From an uncultured Verrucomicrobiota bacterium (GTDB taxonomy: Bacteria; Verrucomicrobiota; Kiritimatiellia; CAIKKV01; CAITUY01): DNA of 64,000 bases. The stretch spans positions 2,780 to 66,779 of the forward strand of contig CAZTAJ010000006.1 of NCBI GenBank assembly GCA_964611575.1, written 5' to 3'. Positions 34,901-44,046 of this stretch are shown here, piece after piece. The notes below the pieces were generated by a model that made no database searches, was not told the DNA's origin, and saw only the letters and a program-made list of their open reading frames with translations. Position numbers and translations under genes: made by a program. Each line of letters begins with the position of its first letter. The stretch's first letter is position 1.

Positions 34901-37332
34901 TCACGGCGTGCAAGCGCCGCCAACTGGTCCTGGCGGGCGGCGAGTTCGCGCCCTTCGCGTTCCTGGTTTTGGAGACGATCCGTTTGCTGCCGGGTCAGGG
35001 CGGCTAGTTCGCCCTGGCGGGCCGCCAGTTCCGATGCCTGGCTGGCGGCGCTCACGGCAAGGTTGCTCGTGGCGACGGCCACCTGTTCCGGGGTTCCCGG
35101 CGCCTCCCGCGCCAGGGCGGCGAGACGATCAGCCACCTGGTCCTGGGCTTTCCGCCAGTCATTCGAGGCGGCGGCCGCCTGGGCAACGGCAACGCTGTTG
35201 CTGGCAGGTGGAGGAGCGGCCTGCTCCTGCGTCTGCCGGGTTTGCGCCAGGACGGTCTGCTTGTCCGTCAACCGATCCAGTTCCACCGCGCGTCGCACGG
35301 CGGAACGGGCAATATCGTGGTCCAGGATGGCGTGTTCGACCGCACGCAGCGAGGTCTCGATTTCGGCCGTGAGATTGCTGTTGATGTCCGTCCGCTCGGC
35401 AGGACGATCGACCAGCCTGAGTTGTCCGGCCATGTTCTCGGCTTTGCTGACATGATCATCCGCGAGCGCGATGAGATTGGTCGCGAGCGCCGCGAAGAAT
35501 CCCTTGTCGACATCGACGGCGATGTCGCGCAGGGAATGGTCCGCGGAGGCCAACGCATCCTGCAGGGCATCGATCTTCCGGGCGGTGTCGGCGCTCGGCG
35601 CCGCCTGTTGCGCGAGGGGCGCGTCCAGGGCGCGGGCCTGCTCTCGGGCCGAGGCGAGTTTTTGCTGCACTTGCTTGAGCCCCTGCTGGGCACGCTCCTC
35701 CTGGCTGGTCAGCACCTGCTCCTTCCAGGAAGCCGCCCGCTCATCGAGGAGGATGGTCACCGTGGCCGAATCCCCGGACTGGGGTCCCCCGAGCGGGCCC
35801 GGCAGGTTGTCCGTGGCGCGGAGCCGGAATGCGATGCGCGCCGCGCCGGCGAACAACGGGTCATCGAGCGCAATCTGCGTTTCGCCCTGCATCGCCTTGA
35901 CGCCCTGCTCCGCCTGGGCGGGCAGCGGCAGGGGCCGGATCGTTTCGTTGGACATCCCGGCGATGGTGAACACCAGGGCCAGGCCGGTCAGGCCCAGATC
36001 GTCCTCGGCGGAATAGGCGACCGGGAGACGGGCGTCACGGTTCAAACGCAATTCCCGCTGGCGGGGGTTGACGACAACCGCCACAGGCGGATTGTCCGGA
36101 ATCGACTGGATGGCGTATTCGAAAGGCGCATTGCGTAACCCGATCTCATCGACCAGGTTGAGGGTCCAGCTCCCGTTCAACTGCCGGGGCAGTGTCAGCG
36201 AAAAATCGTAAACCACACCCTGAGCCGCGCCCCGGGAAACGCCCTTGATGGTGTTGGTCGAGGAGGTTCTATCGATGAGCATGACCGCGGATGGCACGGC
36301 CTTGTTGACCGTCGCGGAAACGGTGATCTCGGAGCCGGCCAGCGCGCGGAGGGTGCCGGATCCGTCCCGGACCTGCGTGGCCACGAGCCGGGAGTATTCC
36401 GGGGGCCGACAGCGGACATCGAGATGCTCGATGATCGGCGGGATGGCCACCCGGACCGTGAAATAGCGGGTGAGCGCGTCGCCCGCATGGATGCGATACT
36501 GGAAGCCGGTCAGGACCGCGGGCAGGGTCACCGCAAAGGTCCGGCCCGTCCCGTTGGTGGACGCCGGCACCGCCACCATGTCCGTCACCGTTTCACGGCC
36601 CAGGCGATCCCGTTGCCGCAGGCGGGCCGAGGTGACGGCCGGACTGGCGGCCTGGATCGAAATCCTCAGGCGTGAGCCGGAGGCGATGAGCGTATCGCCC
36701 GGTTCGACGTGGAGGTCGGCGGCATACACATTGGGCAGATTCAGGAAAGGGGCCACGGCCCGCGCCAGCAGGAAGCGCGTCTGGCGGGGCCTGGCCAGCC
36801 ACACGGCGGCCAGCAGGGCAAGCACGAGGCCTGCGGTGACCGCGAACGGAATGGCGGCCCGGAACGAAATCTCATGCTGCGGCTTGAGCCGCACGGCGTC
36901 GCGCACGGCCTCTTCCGTCAACGCGCCGATCAGCACATCGGATCCGCGGATGGACGGCACGTCCCGGCTGCCGAGAAGTTCGACCACGGAACTCAGGCGT
37001 TCCTGGAGTTCGGGATGATGCGCCTCGATCAGGCGGGCGATGCCGGCCAGCGTGAAGGAACGCGCCAGCGGCCGGATCAGGAACCAGAAGAGCGACCCCG
37101 CCCAGATGGAGTAGGCCGTGCCGGTCATCACCCAGCGGGGCCAGCGCGCCAGGAGCGTAAAACCGGCATCGATCGACATGATGACCAGGAACGCCCCGAC
37201 GCCGGCCGCCCAGGCGGCGCAGAGCCCGCGGAGCATAATCAGGCACCGCGCACGGCCAATCAGCCGGCGCAGGGCCTGGATGATGGACGCCGGCAGAACC
37301 AGGGAGCCGTCGAGGGGCGTGTCGGCATTCAT
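31939..37332 (-). CDS. DUF4175-type giant membrane-anchored protein (1797 aa) with a ~1100-aa Ala/Gln/Glu/Arg-rich helical region
   Basis: N-terminal TM helices, a beta-rich region and then a very long low-complexity segment. The C-terminus reads EEYRPLIKRYFREV. Start at ATG 37332, sharing 1 nt with the upstream stop (TGATG). Confidence 0.7.
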   Translation of the reverse strand: MNADTPLDGSLVLPASIIQALRRLIGRARCLIMLRGLCAAWAAGVGAFLVIMSIDAGFTLLARWPRWVMTGTAYSIWAGSLFWFLIRPLARSFTLAGIARLIEAHHPELQERLSSVVELLGSRDVPSIRGSDVLIGALTEEAVRDAVRLKPQHEISFRAAIPFAVTAGLVLALLAAVWLARPRQTRFLLARAVAPFLNLPNVYAADLHVEPGDTLIASGSRLRISIQAASPAVTSARLRQRDRLGRETVTDMVAVPASTNGTGRTFAVTLPAVLTGFQYRIHAGDALTRYFTVRVAIPPIIEHLDVRCRPPEYSRLVATQVRDGSGTLRALAGSEITVSATVNKAVPSAVMLIDRTSSTNTIKGVSRGAAQGVVYDFSLTLPRQLNGSWTLNLVDEIGLRNAPFEYAIQSIPDNPPVAVVVNPRQRELRLNRDARLPVAYSAEDDLGLTGLALVFTIAGMSNETIRPLPLPAQAEQGVKAMQGETQIALDDPLFAGAARIAFRLRATDNLPGPLGGPQSGDSATVTILLDERAASWKEQVLTSQEERAQQGLKQVQQKLASAREQARALDAPLAQQAAPSADTARKIDALQDALASADHSLRDIAVDVDKGFFAALATNLIALADDHVSKAENMAGQLRLVDRPAERTDINSNLTAEIETSLRAVEHAILDHDIARSAVRRAVELDRLTDKQTVLAQTRQTQEQAAPPPASNSVAVAQAAAASNDWRKAQDQVADRLAALAREAPGTPEQVAVATSNLAVSAASQASELAARQGELAALTRQQTDRLQNQEREGRELAARQDQLAALARREPLSALQGAPMQQAAKELAAGNTEPAVQAQTGVADALRKDADRRMETPNPVQGADDPGRMAASALQKADDGLQLARQSAERAEQGAERAQMRADTDAALVKRAETTKQQDLVKDMTGRAAESRQAAKDASQWSQVAGQAADQAKRAAAETRNAAKQAGREDQPEPARRAAAAQAVHAAEQVEQLAEAARTAAHQANVNGVERGSPQERAVQAEERALDAAREASQSALKAGVTAERARQEAGQAEKQTDQALVNGASPRQVQESSGKAAEARARADAAGEAAAKSRQEARQAREEAQVAQQATDKTFGEQPLAALKGHAEAAETASEAAQQAAWRAAEQARLADEATQTPRSARERAMRAAQQAARQAAQAEQAAAAVQKEAQSMTRPSAEARRLAERVWKTGQNDLAQSTGQKSRNAREQAERVQALADTAQTMAAASRQAAEKASDAERQAGQTGANGQVRNVEQAAQEAGAKAEQVRAIAEKAKEVAGPKPTAAAVAGEAQQSARQAQDAQQIAQQAAQSAQQAAQKAGEAAQQTAQQAAAIRQAAGQSAQVAEQAEKEAQQSKGKPEQAETARRAQAARQAAQLAKESETGAQRVAQQTQQAAQQTQQSAQESQQAAQASQQSAQAAQQAAQQAQQAAATAAPQAAQKGRLDAGQAAQASIEKAQVAVDAAARANASAKWAQEQLAAVRLSDLATQQEVLRRQSAALLAGKEGKEDGLGDPFSGRLAKQQQALSAEVAALAQAATVIREQTEEVLARSPAGPPAGQAAREMAQAAQAADQAAQQMEQVARRSEDPAKRSAQNLQQAAETIRQAQQGAAQTLQQAARNLQNAAQAMVIPATPPTTPAGAAPVSPATREALAKAYEDARQTAMSGKAIDAAQTAAQLAQAADQAAAEAKALGANARPATLETAASGGGGLNEDAQASEDIPTFARRLGMKLQDWLRLHGELKEDVLQASGSEGPEEYRPLIKRYFREVSGHGGEE
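32975..33400. repeat. degenerate 9/12-nt coding repeats (NNN)CTGCTGGGC, encoding (A/S)QQ(A/S) runs
   Basis: Read directly, for example 32981-33105 ctgctgggcttgctgggcggcttgctgggccgcttgggcggactgctggga... Confidence 0.8.
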
Positions 37333-40300
37333 CAGGGCAACCTCACTCTCTTGCGCAGCACCCATTCGGCGGTCAGGAGCGCCAGGATCAGGATGAACCA
37401 CGGCCAGGAGTCCCACAGATCCATCTGGCGGCGCTCCACATGGGAGACCACCGCGGGACCCAGCCGTTTGACCAGGGACTCGAGCTCAATGGGCTCCAGA
37501 ACCCTGCCGGCGGTCAGCGCGGCCATGCGGGTCAGCAGCCCGCGGTCTGCCGCCAGTTCGACACACTCGGCATCCATCGCGGCGGTGACGGAGAACTCGG
37601 CGGAGACCGGTTGCGCCAGCGAGGCGCCCCACTCGCCGAGGTCGGCGTTGTCCAGTTCGACGCGGTACCGGCCTTCGGGCAGGGAACCAACTTCGGCGGC
37701 ATAGATGCCGGGCGATTCGGGCCGGTAGATCAATTGCCGGCGCAACACCTGCCGGTCGCCGGCCCGGATCGTGGCATGGGGGGCGGCATTGACGATCGGC
37801 ATGAACTGCGGCGTGGCAAGTCGGGCCAGGATGCGCACCGGGCTGCCGGACGGGTAGCGCGGCCGCGTGGTCCCGATGCGGATCGAGGACGATCCGGCGG
37901 CGATCCGGTCGGCGGTGGCCCAGCGGAGAATCTGCCCCCAGAACTTGTGGTGATACAAGTCACCCTTCCGGTAACGCAGCCGCCAGGTATGGTCGAACCC
38001 GAACATCAGCACGGAGCCGAAGCCGGCATGGTGCGTCACCAGGAGGGCATTGTCCCGTTCGAACTGCTGCTGTTTAAGAAGAGACTCGGCGTCGGGCACC
38101 TGGGCCATCCGCTCGACGCCAGGCGCCTGGGGGATGGACGCATAGGCCAGCACCGACGCTCCTTCCTTGGCGGTCAGGAACCCGTGCCGCCAATGGAGGT
38201 CGGGCATGTCATTCCAGGCCTCCAGATTCCGCGCGGCGTCATCGTCGAGTTTCATGAACACCGTGTTCCGGCCCTGCGCGGTCAGGGTCAGCCTGAAGTC
38301 CGGCTCGGGCGCAGTCAGCAGCGGACGGCTGGAGGACTTGAAGACCACCGGCAGGATCTCCGCCAGCGGGCTGCGGGCATAGGCGTGGGGCATGTGCCGG
38401 CTGCCTGCAATCACGATCAGAGACCCGCCCCGGTCCACCACGTATCTCCGGAGGATGTCCAGATTCTCGCGCCCGAGTTCCTGCGGATCCACGTCGCCCA
38501 GGATGATCACATCGAACTTCATCCATTCCGCTTCATTCTCGGGCGGCAGCGTGGCCTCCGCCCCGGCCGGGTCGCCCGCCACAGAGGCCGGCCGCGGCGT
38601 CGGGTTGGTGATTCCGCCAACCCGGTCGGGATGGAAGAGCAGATACTGGAGCCTGACGTTGCGATCCCGTTCCATGAAGAGGTTCTTGAGATAGCGGAAT
38701 TCCCAGCGGGGATAGCCGTCGATCAGCAGGACTTTGACCGGGTCGCCGCTGACCAGCACCGGCACGTGGCAGACGTTGTTGCTGACATCGACTTCGGAGG
38801 GGAAAGCCTGGATCGCCACGCGGTAGGCGTGCAGCCCGTTGGTCCTGGGAACATCGGACAGCAGAAGCGGCTGCCGGAAGGCTGCGGCATTGGGCCTGAC
38901 CGTGTTGGACGCCACCGCGTCGAGCCCGTCGAAGAGGGTCACCGTCACGTTGGTCCCGGACAGTCCATCCAGTTTCAACTCCAGGTTGAAGGAGACCCGG
39001 TCATTGGTGCTGACGGACTCGGGCGCATCGACGGCGGCCACCGCCGCATCCGTCGGGGGCACGCGGTTGCCGCCGAACACCACGGGAAAAATCGGGACGC
39101 GTTGAACGCCAAGCTTGCGGGCCGTCGGCTCCACCGACTCGGCGGCGTTGTGCCGGCCGTCGGTCAGGAGGACGATGCCGGCGGTGTGTTCCGGCAGGAG
39201 GTCGGCGGCAACCTTTTCCAGGGCGGCGGCAAGATCGGTGCCCTGCCGCTGTTTGACAGGCGGCGCCCCGATCCTGGCCGCGGCGGCCGGGGCGACCATG
39301 TCGGCTACCCGCCATTCCGTCGGGAAGGCCCCGATGGTGTAGAGCATGACGCCGTATTCACGGTCCAGGGTCTCCAGCAGGCCGACCTTGGCCGGCTTGC
39401 CGCCCGGCTTGACCGGCCCGTCGTCCCCGCCCACCAGCAGACGGCGCGCCACGAGGCTACGGCGAAGGGAGACCACCCCGTCGATGGCCTTGCGATCCGC
39501 CTCCGACAGGGACTGGTAGAAGCCCGCGTCAACCGCATCCGCCACCGTCGCCAGATGGCCCTCACAGACCGCGAGGGTCGCCCCGGCTTTTTGCAGCGCC
39601 TGCCGCACCGTTTCATATGCCGGGCCGCTGTTGGTCGAGGACGCCCGCCACTCGCCGGTGAGTTTGCCGGCTTCTTCGAGCGGCGCCTCCGCTTCCGAGG
39701 CCAGTTGTTCCGCCAGGCGTTTCAGGTCCGCCAGAATGCCGCTCTCCTTCTGAAGAAACGGGACCCCGGCGGCCGTGCGCAGAGCGTGGGCCGTGTCCGT
39801 CACCGTTTCGCGGATGCGGTGGAGAGCCTTGCGCTGGGAGCGCGCGTTGCGCTCCAACTGGCGGACGCGGAGCGTGGTTTCGGTTTCGGCCAGCGCATTC
39901 AGCCCGTCGGCCTGGGCGAGCAGATCCTGCCCGGCCTCCCTCAACCCGATGGCGGTTCGATCGAGTTGCAGGGTGCGCCGCGCCGCAGGCACGCCGAGGG
40001 CTTCGGCCAGACGCACCTTCTCGGCAGGGGTCAGGTTGTTGTCGGGGACCTGCATGGAGGCGCTGACGTCGAGCAGCACCACCACACGGCGTTGAATCTT
40101 GCGGAGGGTGTTGAAGACCAGCACCGGCTGGCACAGCATGACGACCACGCTCAGCACAATGGCGGCGCGCAGCGCCGAGAGGGCGATGCCGGCCCGGCGG
40201 GAGACGAGCTGTCGCTCGACCCGGCCCAGGGCAATGACGCCCTCGGCGAGCATGGCGCCGCCGAGCAACAGCGGCCAGATCCGCCAGTGTGTCGCAAACA

Positions 40301-40514
40301 CGACAACATGCCCGGCCGCCTCGACGGCACTGAGCAGGGTCAGGAAACCCAGCGCCGTGCGTCCGGCGAAGGCCGGGATCTGCCACGCCCTGACCAGGCT
40401 CCGGCTCCAGACATGGGATCGCACCCAGATGGCCAGCAGCAGGATGACCGCCGGCAACAGGACGATCAAGGGCATCTCAGGCGTCATGACGGTCTGGAGT
40501 GTGTCAGCGTCCAT
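37332..40514 (-). CDS. TM protein with an interrupted vWA domain and a class-I glutamine-amidotransferase-like domain (Bat-operon type)
   Basis: Several N-terminal TMs, MIDAS VVVLLDVSASM, and a distant GIVLLTDGRHN. Then VKVLLIDGYPRWEFRY...FDVIILGD...GGSLIVIAG and a C-terminal TM. 11-nt overlap with the upstream gene. Confidence 0.65.
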   Translation of the reverse strand: MDADTLQTVMTPEMPLIVLLPAVILLLAIWVRSHVWSRSLVRAWQIPAFAGRTALGFLTLLSAVEAAGHVVVFATHWRIWPLLLGGAMLAEGVIALGRVERQLVSRRAGIALSALRAAIVLSVVVMLCQPVLVFNTLRKIQRRVVVLLDVSASMQVPDNNLTPAEKVRLAEALGVPAARRTLQLDRTAIGLREAGQDLLAQADGLNALAETETTLRVRQLERNARSQRKALHRIRETVTDTAHALRTAAGVPFLQKESGILADLKRLAEQLASEAEAPLEEAGKLTGEWRASSTNSGPAYETVRQALQKAGATLAVCEGHLATVADAVDAGFYQSLSEADRKAIDGVVSLRRSLVARRLLVGGDDGPVKPGGKPAKVGLLETLDREYGVMLYTIGAFPTEWRVADMVAPAAAARIGAPPVKQRQGTDLAAALEKVAADLLPEHTAGIVLLTDGRHNAAESVEPTARKLGVQRVPIFPVVFGGNRVPPTDAAVAAVDAPESVSTNDRVSFNLELKLDGLSGTNVTVTLFDGLDAVASNTVRPNAAAFRQPLLLSDVPRTNGLHAYRVAIQAFPSEVDVSNNVCHVPVLVSGDPVKVLLIDGYPRWEFRYLKNLFMERDRNVRLQYLLFHPDRVGGITNPTPRPASVAGDPAGAEATLPPENEAEWMKFDVIILGDVDPQELGRENLDILRRYVVDRGGSLIVIAGSRHMPHAYARSPLAEILPVVFKSSSRPLLTAPEPDFRLTLTAQGRNTVFMKLDDDAARNLEAWNDMPDLHWRHGFLTAKEGASVLAYASIPQAPGVERMAQVPDAESLLKQQQFERDNALLVTHHAGFGSVLMFGFDHTWRLRYRKGDLYHHKFWGQILRWATADRIAAGSSSIRIGTTRPRYPSGSPVRILARLATPQFMPIVNAAPHATIRAGDRQVLRRQLIYRPESPGIYAAEVGSLPEGRYRVELDNADLGEWGASLAQPVSAEFSVTAAMDAECVELAADRGLLTRMAALTAGRVLEPIELESLVKRLGPAVVSHVERRQMDLWDSWPWFILILALLTAEWVLRKRVRLP

Positions 40515-43020
40515 GCAACGACCTCTCCATCAATCCCGACAGGCGGGCCTTCATGGCTCGAATGTTCTCGGCGGGGGATCGCAGGACCACCGGGTCCGCC
40601 TGGTGGAGTCGCCGGTGGACCGTGATCCAGCGGGTCAGCGCGACCTCGGCCACCCACGTCAGCAGCGCGCACAGGGCCAGGATCTTCCACAGTTCCTGTC
40701 CCGGCACCTTGCCGGAGAAGGACATGACGAGTTCGTCAAGGCTCTCCGGGAGGAACAGGTCGACGTGGCTGCGGATCGCCGCGAGATCGGCATCCGTCAA
40801 CAGCGTGAGGGCGCTTTCGTCAGGCTGATGATTCACCGTGAAGAGCGCCTCGGGAGCGCCGTTCGTGCCGATCCCCGCCGCCATGGCCAGCGCCGCGGGC
40901 AGGCGCATCCGGCACAGGCCGGGTTCGCGGGTTTCCGAGAATCGAACCATGAACCGGCCATTCCTCCGCTCAACCCGGGCCGGGCGGGTTTCGCCAAACG
41001 GCAGGACCACCGTCACGGGATCGGCGTCCGACCCGGTGGGCGACCCCGCCGGCAAGGTGCCCGACAACGCCCATTCCGTGCCCGGCCGGATGTTGCAGTC
41101 CACCAAGGTCGGCGCCGCCAGGAAGTACACAAGCTCGTGGATCAGGGGCACAAAGCACTTCAGGGACGACAGGTTGCTGTCGCGTCGATCGAAGGCCATG
41201 GGCGTCATGAGGACAATGCCCTTGCCTAGTTGACGCTCCACCAGCCAGGGCTCCTGCGAATCGAACTGACCGCCGATCCGGGCCTGGGAGGACAACCGGT
41301 CCACGGTCATCTTCCAGTAAGCCGACACCAGGCTGAACCGCGCGTCCGACTGATCCGGTTGCGCCACCAGGCGCAGGGCGGGATGGGTGAATGACTTGAG
41401 GTCGAGACGGAGCGGTTCGGCGAGGACCACGCGCTCCTTCAGTTCGGCGGGGGTCACGGCCTCGCCCGACGGCGCCTGCCAGGCATTGTAGAAGCCCGGC
41501 TCCGCACGGCCGCCCGGCGCAATCAGCAGCCCGCCGCCGGCCTTGACGAAGGCGCTCAGGCGATCCGCCACGGCGGAAGGCAGGCGGGGGACATCGGCAA
41601 GGATGACGACCCGGTAGGGCGACAGGTCGGTGACGGCGACAACGCTGGCGGCCTCCACGATCGTTGGGTTCACCAGGAACGACGGTTCCGCCAGGGAAGG
41701 CTCCGTGTCGCGGGCCGCCTCGCGCGGGGTCAGCGCGGACCGGATGAGGCTGGACGTCTTGCGGAAGAAGAACCGCTCGGTTGAGGCGCCCTCGACCAGG
41801 AGCACCGGCAGGCGGTCCAGGACATGGACGACCCGTTCGAGCGTATTGTCCGCAACCAGGTCGTCCTCCACGGCCACCTGTGCCTTCAGGACACGGTATC
41901 CCGGCTGCTCGAACGTGTGGTTGAAATGGAACACCTCGGCCGTCTGCGGCAGCAGATCCTTCACGAGGGGGATCCGCTCGACCCGCTGACCGTCGACCAG
42001 CAACTCCACGGCGGCGGGTTGCAGGGGACCCTGGCCGGCATTGACGAGGGTGACATCCACCTTGACCGGGCGGTCGGTGCCGACGACATCGCGCGAGAGG
42101 CGGATCTCCGAGACCAGCGCATTACGAAATGACTTCGGGACCGGCAGCCGCCGGCAGACGACCCGCGGCGGCGAGGGCAGCGCCTTGAAGCCGGCGGCCA
42201 CGAACTGCCAGCGGGCCTCGGCCTGCGGGTCCCATCCCGTCGCATGTCCATCGGTGAAGATCACCACCGTCTTGGCGGCGTTGGGTCCCTCGGCCAGCAG
42301 GCCCGCGGCCAGGTTCAGGGCTTCCAGCGTGGCCATGCTCCCGCCGGCGGGCCGGCACTCCGGGCTCTTCAGGGCCCGCTGCAACTCACGCCGGTCGGAG
42401 GTCGGGCGGCGGACCAGCGGTTGCGGAACGGGGCCGCCCAGGATGAGGGCGCAGGCATCGCCGGGGCGCGAGGCCTCGATGAGCGCGCGGGCTTCTTCCA
42501 CGGCGCGGCTGAAATTGCTCCGGCCCTCCACGGCAAGCGTCATGGACAGCGACGCGTCCAGGATGATCACCGTATCGCCACCGCCCGCCGTCAGCCAGCG
42601 GCGCGCCTGGATCCACCGTTCCAGCAGGGACACCAGCACCGCGACCACCAGCACCGTGAGGGCGATCCCCAGCAGCCGCCGGCGGAGGACTTCGTTCGTC
42701 CACAACACGGTGGCGATCCCGGCGCAGAGCACGGCGAGCAGGATGGCAGGCAGAATCAGCACCCAGGGAATCGCCGACAGGCTGGGCAGGAACGGGCGGG
42801 CCATGGCCAGCGCAAGCAGCGCCAGGCCGAGGCAGCGGACACACAGCAGGATGCCATCCTCGATCTGCACGCGCCGGCTGCGCGCGGCGATGGAGGCGAC
42901 CAGGAACTGCATGGCGCCCCAAGGGATCGGACGCGGTTTGCTGCGGTTCAACAGGTGAATGACGATCGGGATCGCGATGGCCGCGAACCCGAGCAACATG
43001 GATACTTTCAAGAACGTCAC
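40504..43020 (-). CDS. BatA_N (aerotolerance-regulator N-terminal) + vWA + GATase1-like domain protein
   Basis: MLLGFAAIAIPIVIHLLNRSK double-TM N-terminus, MIDAS VIILDASLSM and VVIFTDGHATG. A GATase1-like segment follows: LPVLLVEG...VVILADV...GGGLLIAPG. GTG start. Confidence 0.8.
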   Translation of the reverse strand: MTFLKVSMLLGFAAIAIPIVIHLLNRSKPRPIPWGAMQFLVASIAARSRRVQIEDGILLCVRCLGLALLALAMARPFLPSLSAIPWVLILPAILLAVLCAGIATVLWTNEVLRRRLLGIALTVLVVAVLVSLLERWIQARRWLTAGGGDTVIILDASLSMTLAVEGRSNFSRAVEEARALIEASRPGDACALILGGPVPQPLVRRPTSDRRELQRALKSPECRPAGGSMATLEALNLAAGLLAEGPNAAKTVVIFTDGHATGWDPQAEARWQFVAAGFKALPSPPRVVCRRLPVPKSFRNALVSEIRLSRDVVGTDRPVKVDVTLVNAGQGPLQPAAVELLVDGQRVERIPLVKDLLPQTAEVFHFNHTFEQPGYRVLKAQVAVEDDLVADNTLERVVHVLDRLPVLLVEGASTERFFFRKTSSLIRSALTPREAARDTEPSLAEPSFLVNPTIVEAASVVAVTDLSPYRVVILADVPRLPSAVADRLSAFVKAGGGLLIAPGGRAEPGFYNAWQAPSGEAVTPAELKERVVLAEPLRLDLKSFTHPALRLVAQPDQSDARFSLVSAYWKMTVDRLSSQARIGGQFDSQEPWLVERQLGKGIVLMTPMAFDRRDSNLSSLKCFVPLIHELVYFLAAPTLVDCNIRPGTEWALSGTLPAGSPTGSDADPVTVVLPFGETRPARVERRNGRFMVRFSETREPGLCRMRLPAALAMAAGIGTNGAPEALFTVNHQPDESALTLLTDADLAAIRSHVDLFLPESLDELVMSFSGKVPGQELWKILALCALLTWVAEVALTRWITVHRRLHQADPVVLRSPAENIRAMKARLSGLMERSLHGR

Positions 43021-43036
43021 ACCCCGCCCCTGCCCT

Positions 43037-44026
43037 TCACTTGATCAGACTCCGCCGGTGCGCCAGGTAAGTCGCCAGCGCCATATCGAACTCCTGGCGG
43101 GTCGAGAAAGGCACGTAGTCGATTCGCATCTCCCCGCACCCCTTTTCAATGGCCGCGAGAAACGCGCGCACCTCGCCGAGGTACGCGGAACGCAGGGACT
43201 CGGGGTCGAGGTCCAGGTGGTGCCCGGCTTGTTCGAGATCCTTGAACTGGCTCCAGCGCTTGAAGGGAAACGTCAATTCCTCGTCGGCCATGACATGCAT
43301 GAGGATGACGTCGTGCTTGCGGAAACGGAAATGATGCAGCGCCTTGAGAAGATCCTCGGCGCGGTCGAAGAGATCGGAAATCACGATCAGCAGGCCGCGG
43401 CGGTGCACCCGCTCGGCGATGTCGTGGAGCACCGGCGCCAGCGCCGTCTCCTCGCCCGGTTCCGTCTGAAACAGCTCGTCCAGCAGAACGCTCATGTGAT
43501 TGGCCCGGCACCGGGAGGGCAGGTAGCGGCGGATCGCGGCGTCAAAGGTCACCAGGCCCACGGCATCCTGCTGGTTGAGGAGGAGTCGGACGAGCGAGGC
43601 GGCCAGGAAACGGGCATACTCGAATTTGCTGAGCGGGTTGCCCTTGTGGCGGGCCGCGTTCTCCCCGCGATAGGCCATTGACCCGGACGCATCCAGCAGG
43701 ATGGTCGCCCGCAGATTCGTCTCCTCGATGTACTGCTTGATGTAGTACCGGTCGGACTTGGCGTACGCCCGCCAGTCCAGGTCGCGCAGGTCATCGCCCG
43801 GCGCATAGGCGCGATGTTCCGCGAACTCCACGGAGAAGCCGCGATACGGGCTGCGATGGCGGCCGGAAATGAAACCCTCCACCGGGTGGCGGGCCAGCAA
43901 CTCGACCCGGCTGATCTTGGCCATCGCCTCGGGATCCAGCAGTTGGAGATAGGCCGGAGCGGAAGACGACCGGGGACCGGAACGGTCCGCGACCGCCTGG
44001 CAATGGAGGCTTGCTAACGTATCCAC
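43037..44026 (-). CDS. DUF58 domain protein (vWA-like, MoxR partner)
   Basis: GRHRSPYRGFSVEFAEHRAYAPGDDLRDLDWRAYAKSD...ILLDASGSM. Confidence 0.85.
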   Translation of the reverse strand: MDTLASLHCQAVADRSGPRSSSAPAYLQLLDPEAMAKISRVELLARHPVEGFISGRHRSPYRGFSVEFAEHRAYAPGDDLRDLDWRAYAKSDRYYIKQYIEETNLRATILLDASGSMAYRGENAARHKGNPLSKFEYARFLAASLVRLLLNQQDAVGLVTFDAAIRRYLPSRCRANHMSVLLDELFQTEPGEETALAPVLHDIAERVHRRGLLIVISDLFDRAEDLLKALHHFRFRKHDVILMHVMADEELTFPFKRWSQFKDLEQAGHHLDLDPESLRSAYLGEVRAFLAAIEKGCGEMRIDYVPFSTRQEFDMALATYLAHRRSLIK

Positions 44027-44046
44027 GTGTTCATCCCGGCGCGGGT

